Below are positions 25,277 to 34,505 of a stretch of 50,747 bases of DNA, piece after piece. Location: contig JACNJM010000159.1 in assembly GCA_014382605.1 (NCBI GenBank), positions 1-50,747 of the forward strand, in the 5' to 3' direction. The stretch is from Anaerolineae bacterium. GTDB taxonomy: Bacteria > Chloroflexota > Anaerolineae > Anaerolineales > UBA11858. Within the stretch, counting starts at the first letter, position 1. Every line of letters starts with the position of its first letter. The notes beneath the pieces were generated by a model that saw only the letters and a list, made by a program, of their open reading frames with translations, did no database searches and had not been told where the DNA came from. A program made the position numbers and the translations under genes.

Positions 25277-26775
25277 AAAATCATTTTTCTCTACGTACAT
25301 TTTTGCACGCGGCGCTCATCGAAGGGGTCGTAGCGTTCATCTGGTTATTACTGATCCCCAGCGAGGGCGGGATGACTGGAACACGGCTAATGCTGATTGC
25401 CGCCGTGTTGCTCCCCCTGGCTGTCACCGTGTTCTTCACCTTGAAGGCAAATAAAAACTCCGAGTGGAACCAGCAATCCACCCAAAAGATGGCTGCGCTG
25501 CTCCGTGAAGATGGTAACCGCACGAATATCTTCTTTTTGTCACTCATCGGAACCTTCGGCAGCGGCTATATAATCTATACTGCGCTCGCCACAACCAATT
25601 TGCACACACAAGGGTATTTGCTGCGCCTCGCGCCGCTGGTATTTTGGGCAGGAAGTTTCTCGTTGCAAATTCTGGTTTTCTTGCGTCAGCAAGAGCCAGC
25701 CGCCTGGATTGCATACCTCAAAAAACATGGCTTGGCGATCATGCTGTTGCTCGCTATTCTGAGCGTCGGTTTTGTCGTTCATAACAACTTGGGCAATCCT
25801 AAGCGTCCGGCGAGCGCCTATTACTCTCCCGTTGATAATCTCGAGTTTGATATTGAAGAACAAGATATTTTTTTGGTCTATAAAGAGGGCTTGAATCTGC
25901 TGCAAGGGAATAATCCCTATGCACGCGCCGAAGACCTGACCCAAACCCGCTGGAATAGCGAACTGCCTACCTATTTGCCTCTCATCTATTATGGCTCATG
26001 GCTGACACACCGCGCCGGGTTGCAAGAGCTGGATCAATGGCTCAATATTTGGCGAGGAATTTTCCTGGGAGTCAACCTGCTAATTGCGTATACTCTCTTT
26101 CACCTGGGACATCATCGTTTCAACAGCACCACGCTGGCCGTTTTTGGGGCTTTGTTTTGGCTTTTCAATCGTTGGACATTGCACGTCACAATGATTTATC
26201 ATTTCAACTTCATTCCGATTTTCTTCTTCCTGCTGGCGCTGATTCTGTATCCGCGGCATAAAATTACTGCCTATATTCTCTTTGGCATATCGCTGGGCGT
26301 AAAACACAATGCCATTTTCTTTTTGCCCATTTTCCTGATCTGGGCCTGGCATGAAGCCTCCGAACAGCGCATAAAAAATGTCGTTATCGCCGGCCTGGCG
26401 ATTGCCAGTGTCCCCTTTCTGGCATCGCTGCCACTATTCGCACCCAGCCCGCTTGGATTTATAAAATCGCTGCTAATTTCGCTCACGCGCTTCCCCGAAA
26501 CCCACATGGGCGTACTCTCACTGGATGCGCTGATGGGTTGGGTAGGTTTACCGGCTAAAATCCCTCTGCTGACGATGGTGCTGCTCATTTATGTACTGGC
26601 CTGGAAAAGAAAACTGCGCCCCTTTGCGGCAGGCTTGCTCATCATGCTAATTTTTGTGGACTTTCACTCGGTATTATTCCGCCACTATATGGCCTGGGTG
26701 ATTCCGCTGCTGCCGCTAGTGATTGGTGAGACATTTTACCAGGAGAAAGAACTTGAGCAAGATTTCTGCAGTTGA
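25273..26775 (+). CDS. Polytopic membrane protein, GT-C-like (DUF2029/GT87-like)
   Basis: About 500 aa with many TM segments. ATGA overlap with the nth stop. Confidence 0.5.
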   Translation: MKNHFSLRTFLHAALIEGVVAFIWLLLIPSEGGMTGTRLMLIAAVLLPLAVTVFFTLKANKNSEWNQQSTQKMAALLREDGNRTNIFFLSLIGTFGSGYIIYTALATTNLHTQGYLLRLAPLVFWAGSFSLQILVFLRQQEPAAWIAYLKKHGLAIMLLLAILSVGFVVHNNLGNPKRPASAYYSPVDNLEFDIEEQDIFLVYKEGLNLLQGNNPYARAEDLTQTRWNSELPTYLPLIYYGSWLTHRAGLQELDQWLNIWRGIFLGVNLLIAYTLFHLGHHRFNSTTLAVFGALFWLFNRWTLHVTMIYHFNFIPIFFFLLALILYPRHKITAYILFGISLGVKHNAIFFLPIFLIWAWHEASEQRIKNVVIAGLAIASVPFLASLPLFAPSPLGFIKSLLISLTRFPETHMGVLSLDALMGWVGLPAKIPLLTMVLLIYVLAWKRKLRPFAAGLLIMLIFVDFHSVLFRHYMAWVIPLLPLVIGETFYQEKELEQDFCS

Positions 26776-26833
26776 AAATATATGACGCGAAATTTCACAT
26801 CGATCTGACAAGCTAACCAAGCGAGGTATCCAA

Positions 26834-27247
26834 ATGGCCAATATCTTCCCCAGCGCCGAATGGCTGGAAGCGCTCAAAGCAAAACTGAATAGCGATGAAA
26901 AATACGCCCGCGTCGCACGAAATTGGGAAGGCGATATTATGTTCAATATCGAACCCGGTGGCGGATTCGCTGAATCGCTGCAGCTATATATTGACCTCTG
27001 GCATGGAACTTGCCGCGCGGTCTTTGTCGTTGATCCCGCCAAAGACACCGAACTCAACCCGGCTTATATCCTTAGCGCCCCGTATGACAACTTCACCCGC
27101 ATTCTGGATAACCAGCTTGACCCTATGCAAGCCATGATTACCCGAAAATTGCGCGTGCAAGGCAGTATGAGCTATATGATGCGCAATGTGCCCGTAGTGC
27201 TCGATTTTGTGCGCTGCGCCCAAGAGTTGAATAGTGAATATTTGTAG
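26834..27247 (+). CDS. SCP2 sterol-binding-domain protein
   Basis: 137 aa. 'LDPMQAMITRKLRVQGSMSYMMR' is typical of the SCP2 C-terminal helix. Confidence 0.7.
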   Translation: MANIFPSAEWLEALKAKLNSDEKYARVARNWEGDIMFNIEPGGGFAESLQLYIDLWHGTCRAVFVVDPAKDTELNPAYILSAPYDNFTRILDNQLDPMQAMITRKLRVQGSMSYMMRNVPVVLDFVRCAQELNSEYL

Positions 27248-27302
27248 AGCTATCCAGCTCGCGGGAAAATTCTCAGCGCCAAAATACTGGTAATTGCTCA
27301 GG

Positions 27303-27328
27303 CTAAACGCCTTCGCAGCGAGAATTCC
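27303..27328. repeat. Family R half copy abutting the 27327 terminator
   Basis: CTAAACGCCTTCGCAGCGAGAATTCC. Confidence 0.35.
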
Positions 27329-27365
27329 GAAAAAAGGTGGGGGCGACGCCCCCACCTTTTTTCGG
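27327..27365 (+). terminator. Intrinsic terminator after the SCP2 gene
   Basis: CCGAAAAAAGGTGGGGGCG-A-CGCCCCCACCTTTTTTCGG. Confidence 0.8.
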
Positions 27366-27429
27366 CCTCTTTCTGGGTTCTTTCTGTTCGAGGCTGAACA
27401 GTCACAAATACTGTATAATGGCCCTCCGT

Positions 27430-27457
27430 TAAACCGCGCTCGCTAAACCGTGCTCGC
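27430..27457 (+). repeat. Tandem 14-nt direct repeat in the leader of the second histidine kinase
   Basis: TAAACCGCGCTCGC followed by TAAACCGTGCTCGC, then a partial GAAACCGG. Confidence 0.6.
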
Positions 27458-27475
27458 AATGAAACCGGATCGAAT

Positions 27476-29278
27476 ATGAAAATAAACCTTCAGACTGACA
27501 CGCTCAAAGAACTTCAGGACGCACTGGATCATCTCGAAAAACAAACCCTGCCGATTCAAACCCGTTCTGCGTTGCACAATGCAAAAAAACAGTTAGGGCA
27601 ATTCGCCCAATCACACCAGCTTGAATCCGATCAGGGACGGCTGGCGGCGCTGTATCGCGTCTCGCAAAGCCTGGGGGCCTCCCTCAATCTCGATGAAGTT
27701 CTCACGCAGGTGATGGATGCAGTTATCCAGCTCACCGGAGCAGAGCGCGGCTTTATCACACTGGTGAACCCCGAAAATGACGAACTCGACATCCGCGCGG
27801 CTCGCAATATTCAACAAGAAACCCTGGAAAAAGGCAAATTGCAAACCAGCCGCACTGTTATCCAGTCGGTCATTGATAGCGGCGAAGGTATTATCACCAC
27901 CGACGCGCAGGATGATCCGCGTTTTGCACAGCAGAATTCGGTCATTTTCTATGCGCTGCGCTCTATTCTCTGCGAGCCGCTGCGCGCCCGCAACCGCGTT
28001 ATCGGTGTGATCTATGTCGATAATCGCGCTCAATCGGGCATCTTTGGCCCAGACGATCTCGACTTGCTCAGCACCTTCGCCGGGCAAGCGGCTATTGCCA
28101 TTGAAAACGCCCAGCTCTACACCCAAACCGATCAGGCGCTGGCCGCACGCGTGGCTGAACTTGAAACCCTCAGCCATATTGACCAGCAACTCAATGCCCG
28201 TTTAGATGTTGAACGCGTGCTGGAAATTGCTCGTCATTGGGCTGTGAAGGAAAGCGGCGCGCAAAGCGGATGGGCAGCCCTGTGTGGGGATGATTCTGAA
28301 ACCCTGAGCCTGATTTCTGCGCCACATGATGAAACGGGCAATACCAAAAACCGGGAGTTGTTAGCCACCCTGAGGGAAAATCCTGCCCCCATACAGATTC
28401 ACCCCCAAGACGGGCAACCCGCTCAATTTGTCGTCCCGCTGATCCACGCCGGAAAAATCATCGGCGCGCTAGCCATCATCCATCCCCAGGGATTTACCCA
28501 TGCTTCACAGGAATTCATTCAGCGTCTGGCTGGCCGCGCGGCCGTTGCCGTGGAAAATGCGCGCCTATATCAGGCCGTAGAATATGCTAACGAAGCCAAA
28601 TCGCAATTTATCTCCATTGTGACGCACGAATTGCGCATTCCGCTGACTTCGATCAAAGGCTATAACGATCTGGTTCGGCAGGGCGTTGTCGGCGAAATCA
28701 ATGAACAACAACTCAACTTTTTGAATGTCATCAGTAATAACGTCGAGCGCATGTCTACGCTGATTTCAGATCTTTCAGATATTTCACGCATTGAGCGCGG
28801 CAAAATTCATCTGGATTTCTCACATTTTGAACTGCGCGAACGCATGGCCGAAACGCTGACCAGCCTGAGCCATAAACTGGCCGAAAAGAGACACAAACTA
28901 CACACCCATATTCCCGACGATCTGCCACAAGTGTACGCCGACCCCAGCCGCTTGATACAGATTCTCACTAATTTAGTCAGCAATGCCTGGAAATACACGC
29001 CCGAGGGCGGGGAAATCACCATCAACGCCAAAGCGCAGGACGAACGGGTACGCATAGAAATTCAGGATACGGGTTTAGGTATCAGCGAAGAAGATCAGGC
29101 AAAACTTTTTACGCAATTCTTCCGCTCAGAATCGCCAGAAGTACGCGAACAAATCGGCTGGGGGTTGGGGCTAAGTGTAACCCAACGTCTTGTGGAAATT
29201 ATGCACGGGAAAATTGGCTTCTATAGTCAACTTGGGTCAGGCAGCACCTTCTGGTTTACGCTCCCCACTCAGGCATAG
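27476..29278 (+). CDS. Sensor histidine kinase (coiled-coil, GAF-GAF-HisKA-HATPase), orphan
   Basis: 'THELRIPLTSI', 'LTNLVSNAWKYTP' and 'GWGLGLSV'. Confidence 0.9.
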   Translation: MKINLQTDTLKELQDALDHLEKQTLPIQTRSALHNAKKQLGQFAQSHQLESDQGRLAALYRVSQSLGASLNLDEVLTQVMDAVIQLTGAERGFITLVNPENDELDIRAARNIQQETLEKGKLQTSRTVIQSVIDSGEGIITTDAQDDPRFAQQNSVIFYALRSILCEPLRARNRVIGVIYVDNRAQSGIFGPDDLDLLSTFAGQAAIAIENAQLYTQTDQALAARVAELETLSHIDQQLNARLDVERVLEIARHWAVKESGAQSGWAALCGDDSETLSLISAPHDETGNTKNRELLATLRENPAPIQIHPQDGQPAQFVVPLIHAGKIIGALAIIHPQGFTHASQEFIQRLAGRAAVAVENARLYQAVEYANEAKSQFISIVTHELRIPLTSIKGYNDLVRQGVVGEINEQQLNFLNVISNNVERMSTLISDLSDISRIERGKIHLDFSHFELRERMAETLTSLSHKLAEKRHKLHTHIPDDLPQVYADPSRLIQILTNLVSNAWKYTPEGGEITINAKAQDERVRIEIQDTGLGISEEDQAKLFTQFFRSESPEVREQIGWGLGLSVTQRLVEIMHGKIGFYSQLGSGSTFWFTLPTQA

Positions 29279-29283
29279 AATAA

Positions 29284-29340
29284 CGAAAAAAATAAGGGTG
29301 GCTGAGGGGCAAAGCCCCTTAGCCACCCTTATTTTTTTCG
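29284..29340 (+). terminator. Intrinsic terminator after the second histidine kinase
   Basis: CGAAAAAAATAAGGGTGGCTGAGGGGC-AAA-GCCCCTTAGCCACCCTTATTTTTTTCG. Confidence 0.8.
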
Positions 29341-29360
29341 AGGTCTCATCAATATAAAAC

Positions 29361-30605
29361 ATGCCCACTGAAACTGTTACACTTGAACAACACGTCTACG
29401 GCGGCGAATGTTTAGCGCGCTTATCGGATAAGCGCGCCGTCTTCGTGCCCTATACCTTACCCGGCGAAACCGTTGACATCCGTCTGACAGAAGACAAACC
29501 CCGTTATGCCCGCGGCGAACTTATAAAAGTCATCCATTCAGCGCCAGAGCGCATCCAACCGCGCTGCCCACATGCGCACCCGCCTGCCGAAACGAAAGCT
29601 GTGGCCTGCGGTGGCTGCCATTACCAGCATATTCCCTACGAAATCCAATTACAGATTAAAATCGATGTTTTGCGCGACCAACTCGAGCGCATCGGAAAAT
29701 TCAGCGACCCGCCAATCCGCCCCATAATAACTTCACCCCCCTGGAATTACCGCAACCAGATTCAATTTCACATCTCCCCCGAGGGGCAACCCGGCTATCT
29801 GGTCAGCGGATCAAGCGCTACGCTCCCCATTCGTGAGTGCCACCTGCCCACAGAGACTATCAACGAAATCTGGCCTTTGCTCGATATGGAATCGATCCCC
29901 GGGCTGGATCGCATCATCCTGCGCGGCGGCCTCAACGACGACCAGTTGATCCTTCAAAGCAGCGATCCGCAACCCATTGAACTCGAACTCGATTTGCCGC
30001 TCTCTGTGGTGCACATCGGGCCAGGGGGCCTGCTGGTTCTGGCCGGAGACGATCATATTATCATCGAAGTTCAACAGCGCCTGTTGCGCGTTTCTGCGGA
30101 GTCATACTGCCATACCAATACCCACATAACCGAAAAAATGGTCGCACACCTGATCGAGAATTTACCGCTCACGCCCCATACCACACTCATCGATGCCTAC
30201 TGCGGCACTGGCCTGTTTAGCGCCTTTCTCGCTCCGCACGTTGGCAGGCTAATTGGCATTGATAATTCTTCCAGCGCCTGTGAAGATTTTGAAATTAACC
30301 TGGATGAATACGACCACGTAGAACTATACGAAGCCCCGGTGGAAACCGTGCTCCCGGAGCTTGATCCAGGCCCAGGGATCATCCTGGTAGACCCGCCCCG
30401 CTCGGGGTTGGCGCGCCAAACTCTGGATGCGATCCTGGCCCTGGGGCCGGATGTGCTGGCCTATGTCTCATCCGACCCGGCCACACTGGCGCGTGATGCC
30501 AAGCGTCTCACTACCGGGGGATACCAATTGCAACAGATCACCCCCTTTGACCGCTCTCCACAGACATATCGCATCGAAAGCATCAGTTTCTGGGGAAAAA
30601 TTTAA
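29361..30605 (+). CDS. RumA/TrmA-family 23S rRNA (uracil-5)-methyltransferase (TRAM + Fe-S + SAM MTase)
   Basis: TRAM-like N-terminus, Cys cluster '...CPH...CGGCHYQH', 'LIDAYCGTGLFS' and 'DPPRSG'. Confidence 0.85.
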   Translation: MPTETVTLEQHVYGGECLARLSDKRAVFVPYTLPGETVDIRLTEDKPRYARGELIKVIHSAPERIQPRCPHAHPPAETKAVACGGCHYQHIPYEIQLQIKIDVLRDQLERIGKFSDPPIRPIITSPPWNYRNQIQFHISPEGQPGYLVSGSSATLPIRECHLPTETINEIWPLLDMESIPGLDRIILRGGLNDDQLILQSSDPQPIELELDLPLSVVHIGPGGLLVLAGDDHIIIEVQQRLLRVSAESYCHTNTHITEKMVAHLIENLPLTPHTTLIDAYCGTGLFSAFLAPHVGRLIGIDNSSSACEDFEINLDEYDHVELYEAPVETVLPELDPGPGIILVDPPRSGLARQTLDAILALGPDVLAYVSSDPATLARDAKRLTTGGYQLQQITPFDRSPQTYRIESISFWGKI

Positions 30606-30615
30606 GAAACTGCCC

Positions 30616-30644
30616 TTGCAAAACTAGAACATTTGATCTATAAT
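30616..30644 (+). promoter_or_regulatory. Near-consensus sigma70 promoter for the small ORF
   Basis: TTGCAA-17 nt-TATAAT. Confidence 0.55.
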
Positions 30645-30650
30645 TAGAGC

Positions 30651-30787
30651 ATAAGTTCATTCACCCTGAGGGTTGCCCCCAATCGTTATTACGGCGTATC
30701 GCCTCGACATACGAAAACAATTCTCACAAAAATCGGGACCGTATACCCTCAGGGTTGAACTACAGAACTTACCTGATGGAGGCTAAA
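30651..30787 (+). promoter_or_regulatory. Structured 5' leader (candidate cis-regulatory RNA) of the small ORF
   Basis: ACCCTGAGGGT (30663-30673) is perfectly complementary to ACCCTCAGGGT (30745-30755), enclosing 71 nt that contain internal mini-stems. SD GGAGG lies at 30778-30782. Confidence 0.3.
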
Positions 30788-31021
30788 ATGGACATTGGAA
30801 TGCTCTGGTTTGATAACGATAAGAATTCTGAACTAAATACAAAAGTAGAGCGGGCAGCCGCGTATTATCAAAGAAAATACGGGCAATCTCCAAATATTTG
30901 TTTTGTGCACCCCTCGATGATTCCGGTCAGCGAAAAACAGCGCAAAGCCGCCGTAATCGAATTGCGCACATCCCAATCGCTGCTGCCGAATCATTTTTGG
31001 CTGGGTATCTATTCGCAATAA
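30788..31021 (+). CDS. Small conserved hypothetical protein (77 aa)
   Basis: ATG 30788 lies 5 nt after GGAGG. It is preceded by a consensus promoter and a structured leader. No family recognised. Confidence 0.5.
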   Translation: MDIGMLWFDNDKNSELNTKVERAAAYYQRKYGQSPNICFVHPSMIPVSEKQRKAAVIELRTSQSLLPNHFWLGIYSQ

Positions 31022-31045
31022 TTTGCCCAAGCCCACCATTTTGAC

Positions 31046-31098
31046 AAAAGCCCTGCCGGGTTTCCTCCTCACAGGCTCTCATATCCGGCAGGGTTTTT
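31046..31098. terminator. Hairpin terminator between the convergent small ORF and holA (large loop)
   Basis: AAAAGCCCTGCCGG-25 nt-CCGGCAGGGTTTTT. Confidence 0.45.
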
Positions 31099-31156
31099 GA
31101 TTTAACAAACATAGAGCTTACGCAACACGGTGAAAAATATCCCAAAAATAGGGGTC

Positions 31157-32152
31157 TTATGTCGCCAGCCGTGCAATAAATGTATCCAGGGCAATATCGC
31201 CATCCATCTGACCGATTTTTATCGCCTGGTCAATTGCCAGCAATTCACGATAAATCGTCTCCAACGCTGACTGGGAAAAATTACGTGCCTGATTGATAAT
31301 TTTGCCAATTACAAAACGGTGTGTTTTTAATTCGCGGGCAATATCATCCTGACGATAACCTGCATCGAGCAATTCGCGCGTTTGAATGAGCAGCCGAAAC
31401 TGGCGCACGACCATACCCATCAAACGCAAGGGGGCATCTTCTTCGAAAAGCTGGTGCAACATCCGCAACGCTTGCCGCCCCTGACGATTACCGAGCGCAT
31501 CCACCATGGCAAAAACATCGCTACTACCCACCGGAGCCACCAAATACTCCACATCATCGGGTTCGATGGGGCGGTTGTAATTGACATAGGCCAACAGCTT
31601 GTTGATCTCCTGAACAGCAATACGCGGGTCTTCGCCAATCAGGCTGGCAAGTACTGCGGCTCCTTCGGGCGTAAGTTCCCCTCCCTCGGATTTGGTATAT
31701 TTTTGCAGCCAACGCACCAACTCCGGGCCGCGGGCCGTCAGAAATACTTTTTCGTACACGCGCCCCCCCCGATCGGCGGCCCACTTTTGTAACCAGTGCA
31801 GCTTATTTTTCTTTTTATCCTGATAAGATTGCAATGGCCTGGAAATCACCAATGCCAGGGCTGTTGTTGGGGGTATATTTGTCAAAATCTGCTGGAAACG
31901 CTCGCGCATTGCCGCACTTTTCAAACTGCTTAATGGTTCATACACAATCACCAGGCGGCGTTCAGCCAGAAAAGGCAATGACTGAACAGCCATAATCAGT
32001 TCATCCAGCGCCAGCTTACCTTTCTCCAGCCGAATGGTATTCATCTGCGCAGTGGCAGGGTCGCCCAGCTTGCGCTCCATTTCAGCGACAAATTGGGCGA
32101 TGGCAAATTCATCGTCGCCGTGCAGAAGATAGATTACCGGTTTTGCAGCCAT
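31157..32152 (-). CDS. holA: DNA polymerase III subunit delta
   Basis: 331 aa. 'VIYLLHGDDEFAI...' and the overall delta-subunit layout. Confidence 0.8.
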   Translation of the reverse strand: MAAKPVIYLLHGDDEFAIAQFVAEMERKLGDPATAQMNTIRLEKGKLALDELIMAVQSLPFLAERRLVIVYEPLSSLKSAAMRERFQQILTNIPPTTALALVISRPLQSYQDKKKNKLHWLQKWAADRGGRVYEKVFLTARGPELVRWLQKYTKSEGGELTPEGAAVLASLIGEDPRIAVQEINKLLAYVNYNRPIEPDDVEYLVAPVGSSDVFAMVDALGNRQGRQALRMLHQLFEEDAPLRLMGMVVRQFRLLIQTRELLDAGYRQDDIARELKTHRFVIGKIINQARNFSQSALETIYRELLAIDQAIKIGQMDGDIALDTFIARLAT

Positions 32153-32156
32153 ATAT

Positions 32157-32690
32157 TTATCCCCGGGTAGTGATGCGGTGCGCCGTCAGTCGCCCGCGGT
32201 TGACACAGTCGATTGCAACGATTTCCAAATTGCCAGGAACACCCGATGTTGTGACATATTTTTGCAATCGCATGCCCAGCGGTTGGGCGAACATAAGAGC
32301 CAGTGTTGCCAATGTCGCTACAAATGGCAGGCGTTCAAACTTATCTCGTTTGCGCGGGCCTGCGCCCCACATCCCCAACATACCCGCCATGCCAGCCATA
32401 ATGCCAGCCGTGGCAAAATTGGTGCCGCAGCCCGGATGCACCGCCAGATGATGCTCACCGGCTTTCATGCGCGCCAGGGCTTCTTCGGAAGCGGCATGAA
32501 TATCTTCGAGAGATAAATCGCCTATTAACACAAATCCGGCGGGGTTAGAATGTCCGCCCATTGCTTTCTGGGGATATTTTTTCGCCAGCACGTGTAGGGT
32601 AGCGTGCTCCAGGCCGTGATTACGGCGAATGCGCGAAAGCATGGGAGTTTCGAGCAGGGATTGGATGAATGTTGATTCGAGAAAGGACAT
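32157..32690 (-). CDS. Conserved hypothetical protein with His/Cys motifs and C-terminal hydrophobic segments
   Basis: 177 aa with 'RRNHGLEHATLH' and 'HHLAVHPGCGTN'. It ends 4 nt upstream of holA. Confidence 0.5.
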   Translation of the reverse strand: MSFLESTFIQSLLETPMLSRIRRNHGLEHATLHVLAKKYPQKAMGGHSNPAGFVLIGDLSLEDIHAASEEALARMKAGEHHLAVHPGCGTNFATAGIMAGMAGMLGMWGAGPRKRDKFERLPFVATLATLALMFAQPLGMRLQKYVTTSGVPGNLEIVAIDCVNRGRLTAHRITTRG

Positions 32691-32858
32691 TTTTTGCTCC
32701 GTTTCGCTCCAAAAATTGGTTCAATCTTCTCTAAATAAGGCTACTGCTCAAAGTATCTTCAGATTGAACCCATTTGTTTTTAGATATTCACTCACGCAAT
32801 AGTATCACAATCGCGCCGGACGCGGCGAGCGGGTATAATAGCAGGTCAGAGGTAGCCT

Positions 32859-33215
32859 ATGTATAAACTGATTATTCTCATCGGTCCGGTAGCCAACTCG
32901 CCCACTTTCGGTGATGAATGGCCTCAATTCTTGCACAATGCTGAATCCATGCCCGGACTGCTGCGCGAAGCCACGGTACGAATTCAAACTCCATTATATG
33001 GCGATTCAGAGATTACCATGATCCACGAGTTATTCTTTGAGACTCCAGAAGCGCTACATCGTGCGCTGGCCTCACCCTACGGTCAGGCTGCCGGGGAAAC
33101 GCTGCAAAAGATCACTCACGGACATATGAATCTGCTCATTGCCGAACATAAAGAAGATAGCATCGAAAACTTACGCAACTACCGCAAGGATACTTCCCAT
33201 GCTGACGCCGAATGA
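32859..33215 (+). CDS. EthD-family (TIGR02118-like) protein
   Basis: 118 aa. 'MYKLIILI...', 'PGLLREATVRI' and 'ALASPYGQAAGETL' resemble the EthD fold family. Confidence 0.6.
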   Translation: MYKLIILIGPVANSPTFGDEWPQFLHNAESMPGLLREATVRIQTPLYGDSEITMIHELFFETPEALHRALASPYGQAAGETLQKITHGHMNLLIAEHKEDSIENLRNYRKDTSHADAE

Positions 33216-33681
33216 CCTGCTTAAGTTTATGGGGAAAAATACCATCACTGGGGAGATTCTCTTTTTGGATGCACCAACCCCGACGGTGGAGGCTGCGGCG
33301 ATGGCATTAAACACACAGCCCAACCGGATTGCAAAATCTGTGCTATTTACCTTGCCCGAGGGGACAGTATTGGCGATCACCTGTGGAACAAGCCTGATTG
33401 AGCAACGGGCGCTCGCGTCGGCTTTTGGGGTGGGACGCAAAAAAGTAAAATTGGCTGACCCGAAGACGGTGCTACAAATGACAGGCTACCCCGTTGGGAC
33501 AGTGCCCCCCTTTGGGCATCCCCAGCCCCTCAGAACAGTCATCGACCCGCGTGTGCTGGAGCACGCGCTCATCTACGCCGGTGGCGGGGAACACAACGCC
33601 ATGCTGCGCCTGGATAATTCCCAAGATATTGTCCGCGTCAGCGATGCTACAATTTTAAATCTGCACGACTTACCTGGATAA
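33199..33681 (+). CDS. YbaK/aminoacyl-tRNA editing-domain protein
   Basis: 'AKSVLF' and 'TGYPVGTVPPFG'. Its start overlaps the upstream ORF by 17 nt. Confidence 0.8.
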   Translation: MLTPNDLLKFMGKNTITGEILFLDAPTPTVEAAAMALNTQPNRIAKSVLFTLPEGTVLAITCGTSLIEQRALASAFGVGRKKVKLADPKTVLQMTGYPVGTVPPFGHPQPLRTVIDPRVLEHALIYAGGGEHNAMLRLDNSQDIVRVSDATILNLHDLPG

Positions 33682-33685
33682 AAAA

Positions 33686-33757
33686 ATAACCGCAGATAGA
33701 CACAAATAAACGCTGATTTTCTCTATCCGCGTTTCTCTGTGTTTATCCACGGTTTCT
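33686..33757. repeat. Family R variant full copy (AGATAGAC/ACAAATAA units)
   Basis: ATAACCGCAGATAGACACAAATAAACGC-loop-TATCCGCGTTTCTCTGTGTTTATCCACGGTTTC. Confidence 0.45.
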
Positions 33758-33769
33758 TTGAAACTTATT

Positions 33770-34498
33770 ATGAATCGTAAACAAACTTTACACCCCCTGC
33801 TACGAATATTTCTATCTTTCGCCTTTGTCGCTGCGATTGTTTTAGGCTACCTGCTCTTTCAGTGGTATCAACGCAGCGGACAGCGCTCCACACGCCTGTG
33901 GGACTGGTTACGCAACTCTGGCGCTTATTCCGAATGGTCCATAGACGCCGGGCAACGCTGCGGCGCGGCGCCCTTTGCCTTCCCCACGGACGGCTATATC
34001 GGCTTTCTGTGGGACGATTCCTTCCGGCCCGGCCACCGGCATCAAGGATTGGACATCTTCGGCGGGCAGGAGCCGGGCGTCACGCCGGTCTATGCGGCCT
34101 ATTCCGGCTATCTGACGCGCCTGCCAGAGTGGAAGTCGTCACTCATCATCCGCATCCCCAGCGACCCGCTGAAACCATCCCGCCAAATCTGGGCCTATTA
34201 CACCCATCTTGCCGACAGCGGAGGATTTACGTATATCGAATCCGATTTCCCGCCGGGCACATCTGAGCTATGGGTTGAATCCGGGACTCTGCTAGGCTAC
34301 CAGGGCAACTACTCTGGCGACCCTAATAACCCAACGGGCGTGCATTTGCACTTTTCGATTGTACTGGATGACGGACAAGGGCGCTTCCGCAACGAACTCA
34401 AAATCCAAAACACCCTCGATCCTTCGCCCTACTTCGGGATGACGCTAAACGCCAACGATAGTCTGGGGGATGTTGTGGTATGCGAGGAAAATCAATAA
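33770..34498 (+). CDS. M23 family metallopeptidase (membrane anchored)
   Basis: 'HRHQGLDI' (HxxxD) and 'GVHLHFSI' (HxH), with an N-terminal TM segment. Confidence 0.85.
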   Translation: MNRKQTLHPLLRIFLSFAFVAAIVLGYLLFQWYQRSGQRSTRLWDWLRNSGAYSEWSIDAGQRCGAAPFAFPTDGYIGFLWDDSFRPGHRHQGLDIFGGQEPGVTPVYAAYSGYLTRLPEWKSSLIIRIPSDPLKPSRQIWAYYTHLADSGGFTYIESDFPPGTSELWVESGTLLGYQGNYSGDPNNPTGVHLHFSIVLDDGQGRFRNELKIQNTLDPSPYFGMTLNANDSLGDVVVCEENQ

Positions 34499-34505
34499 AG
34501 GCTAC

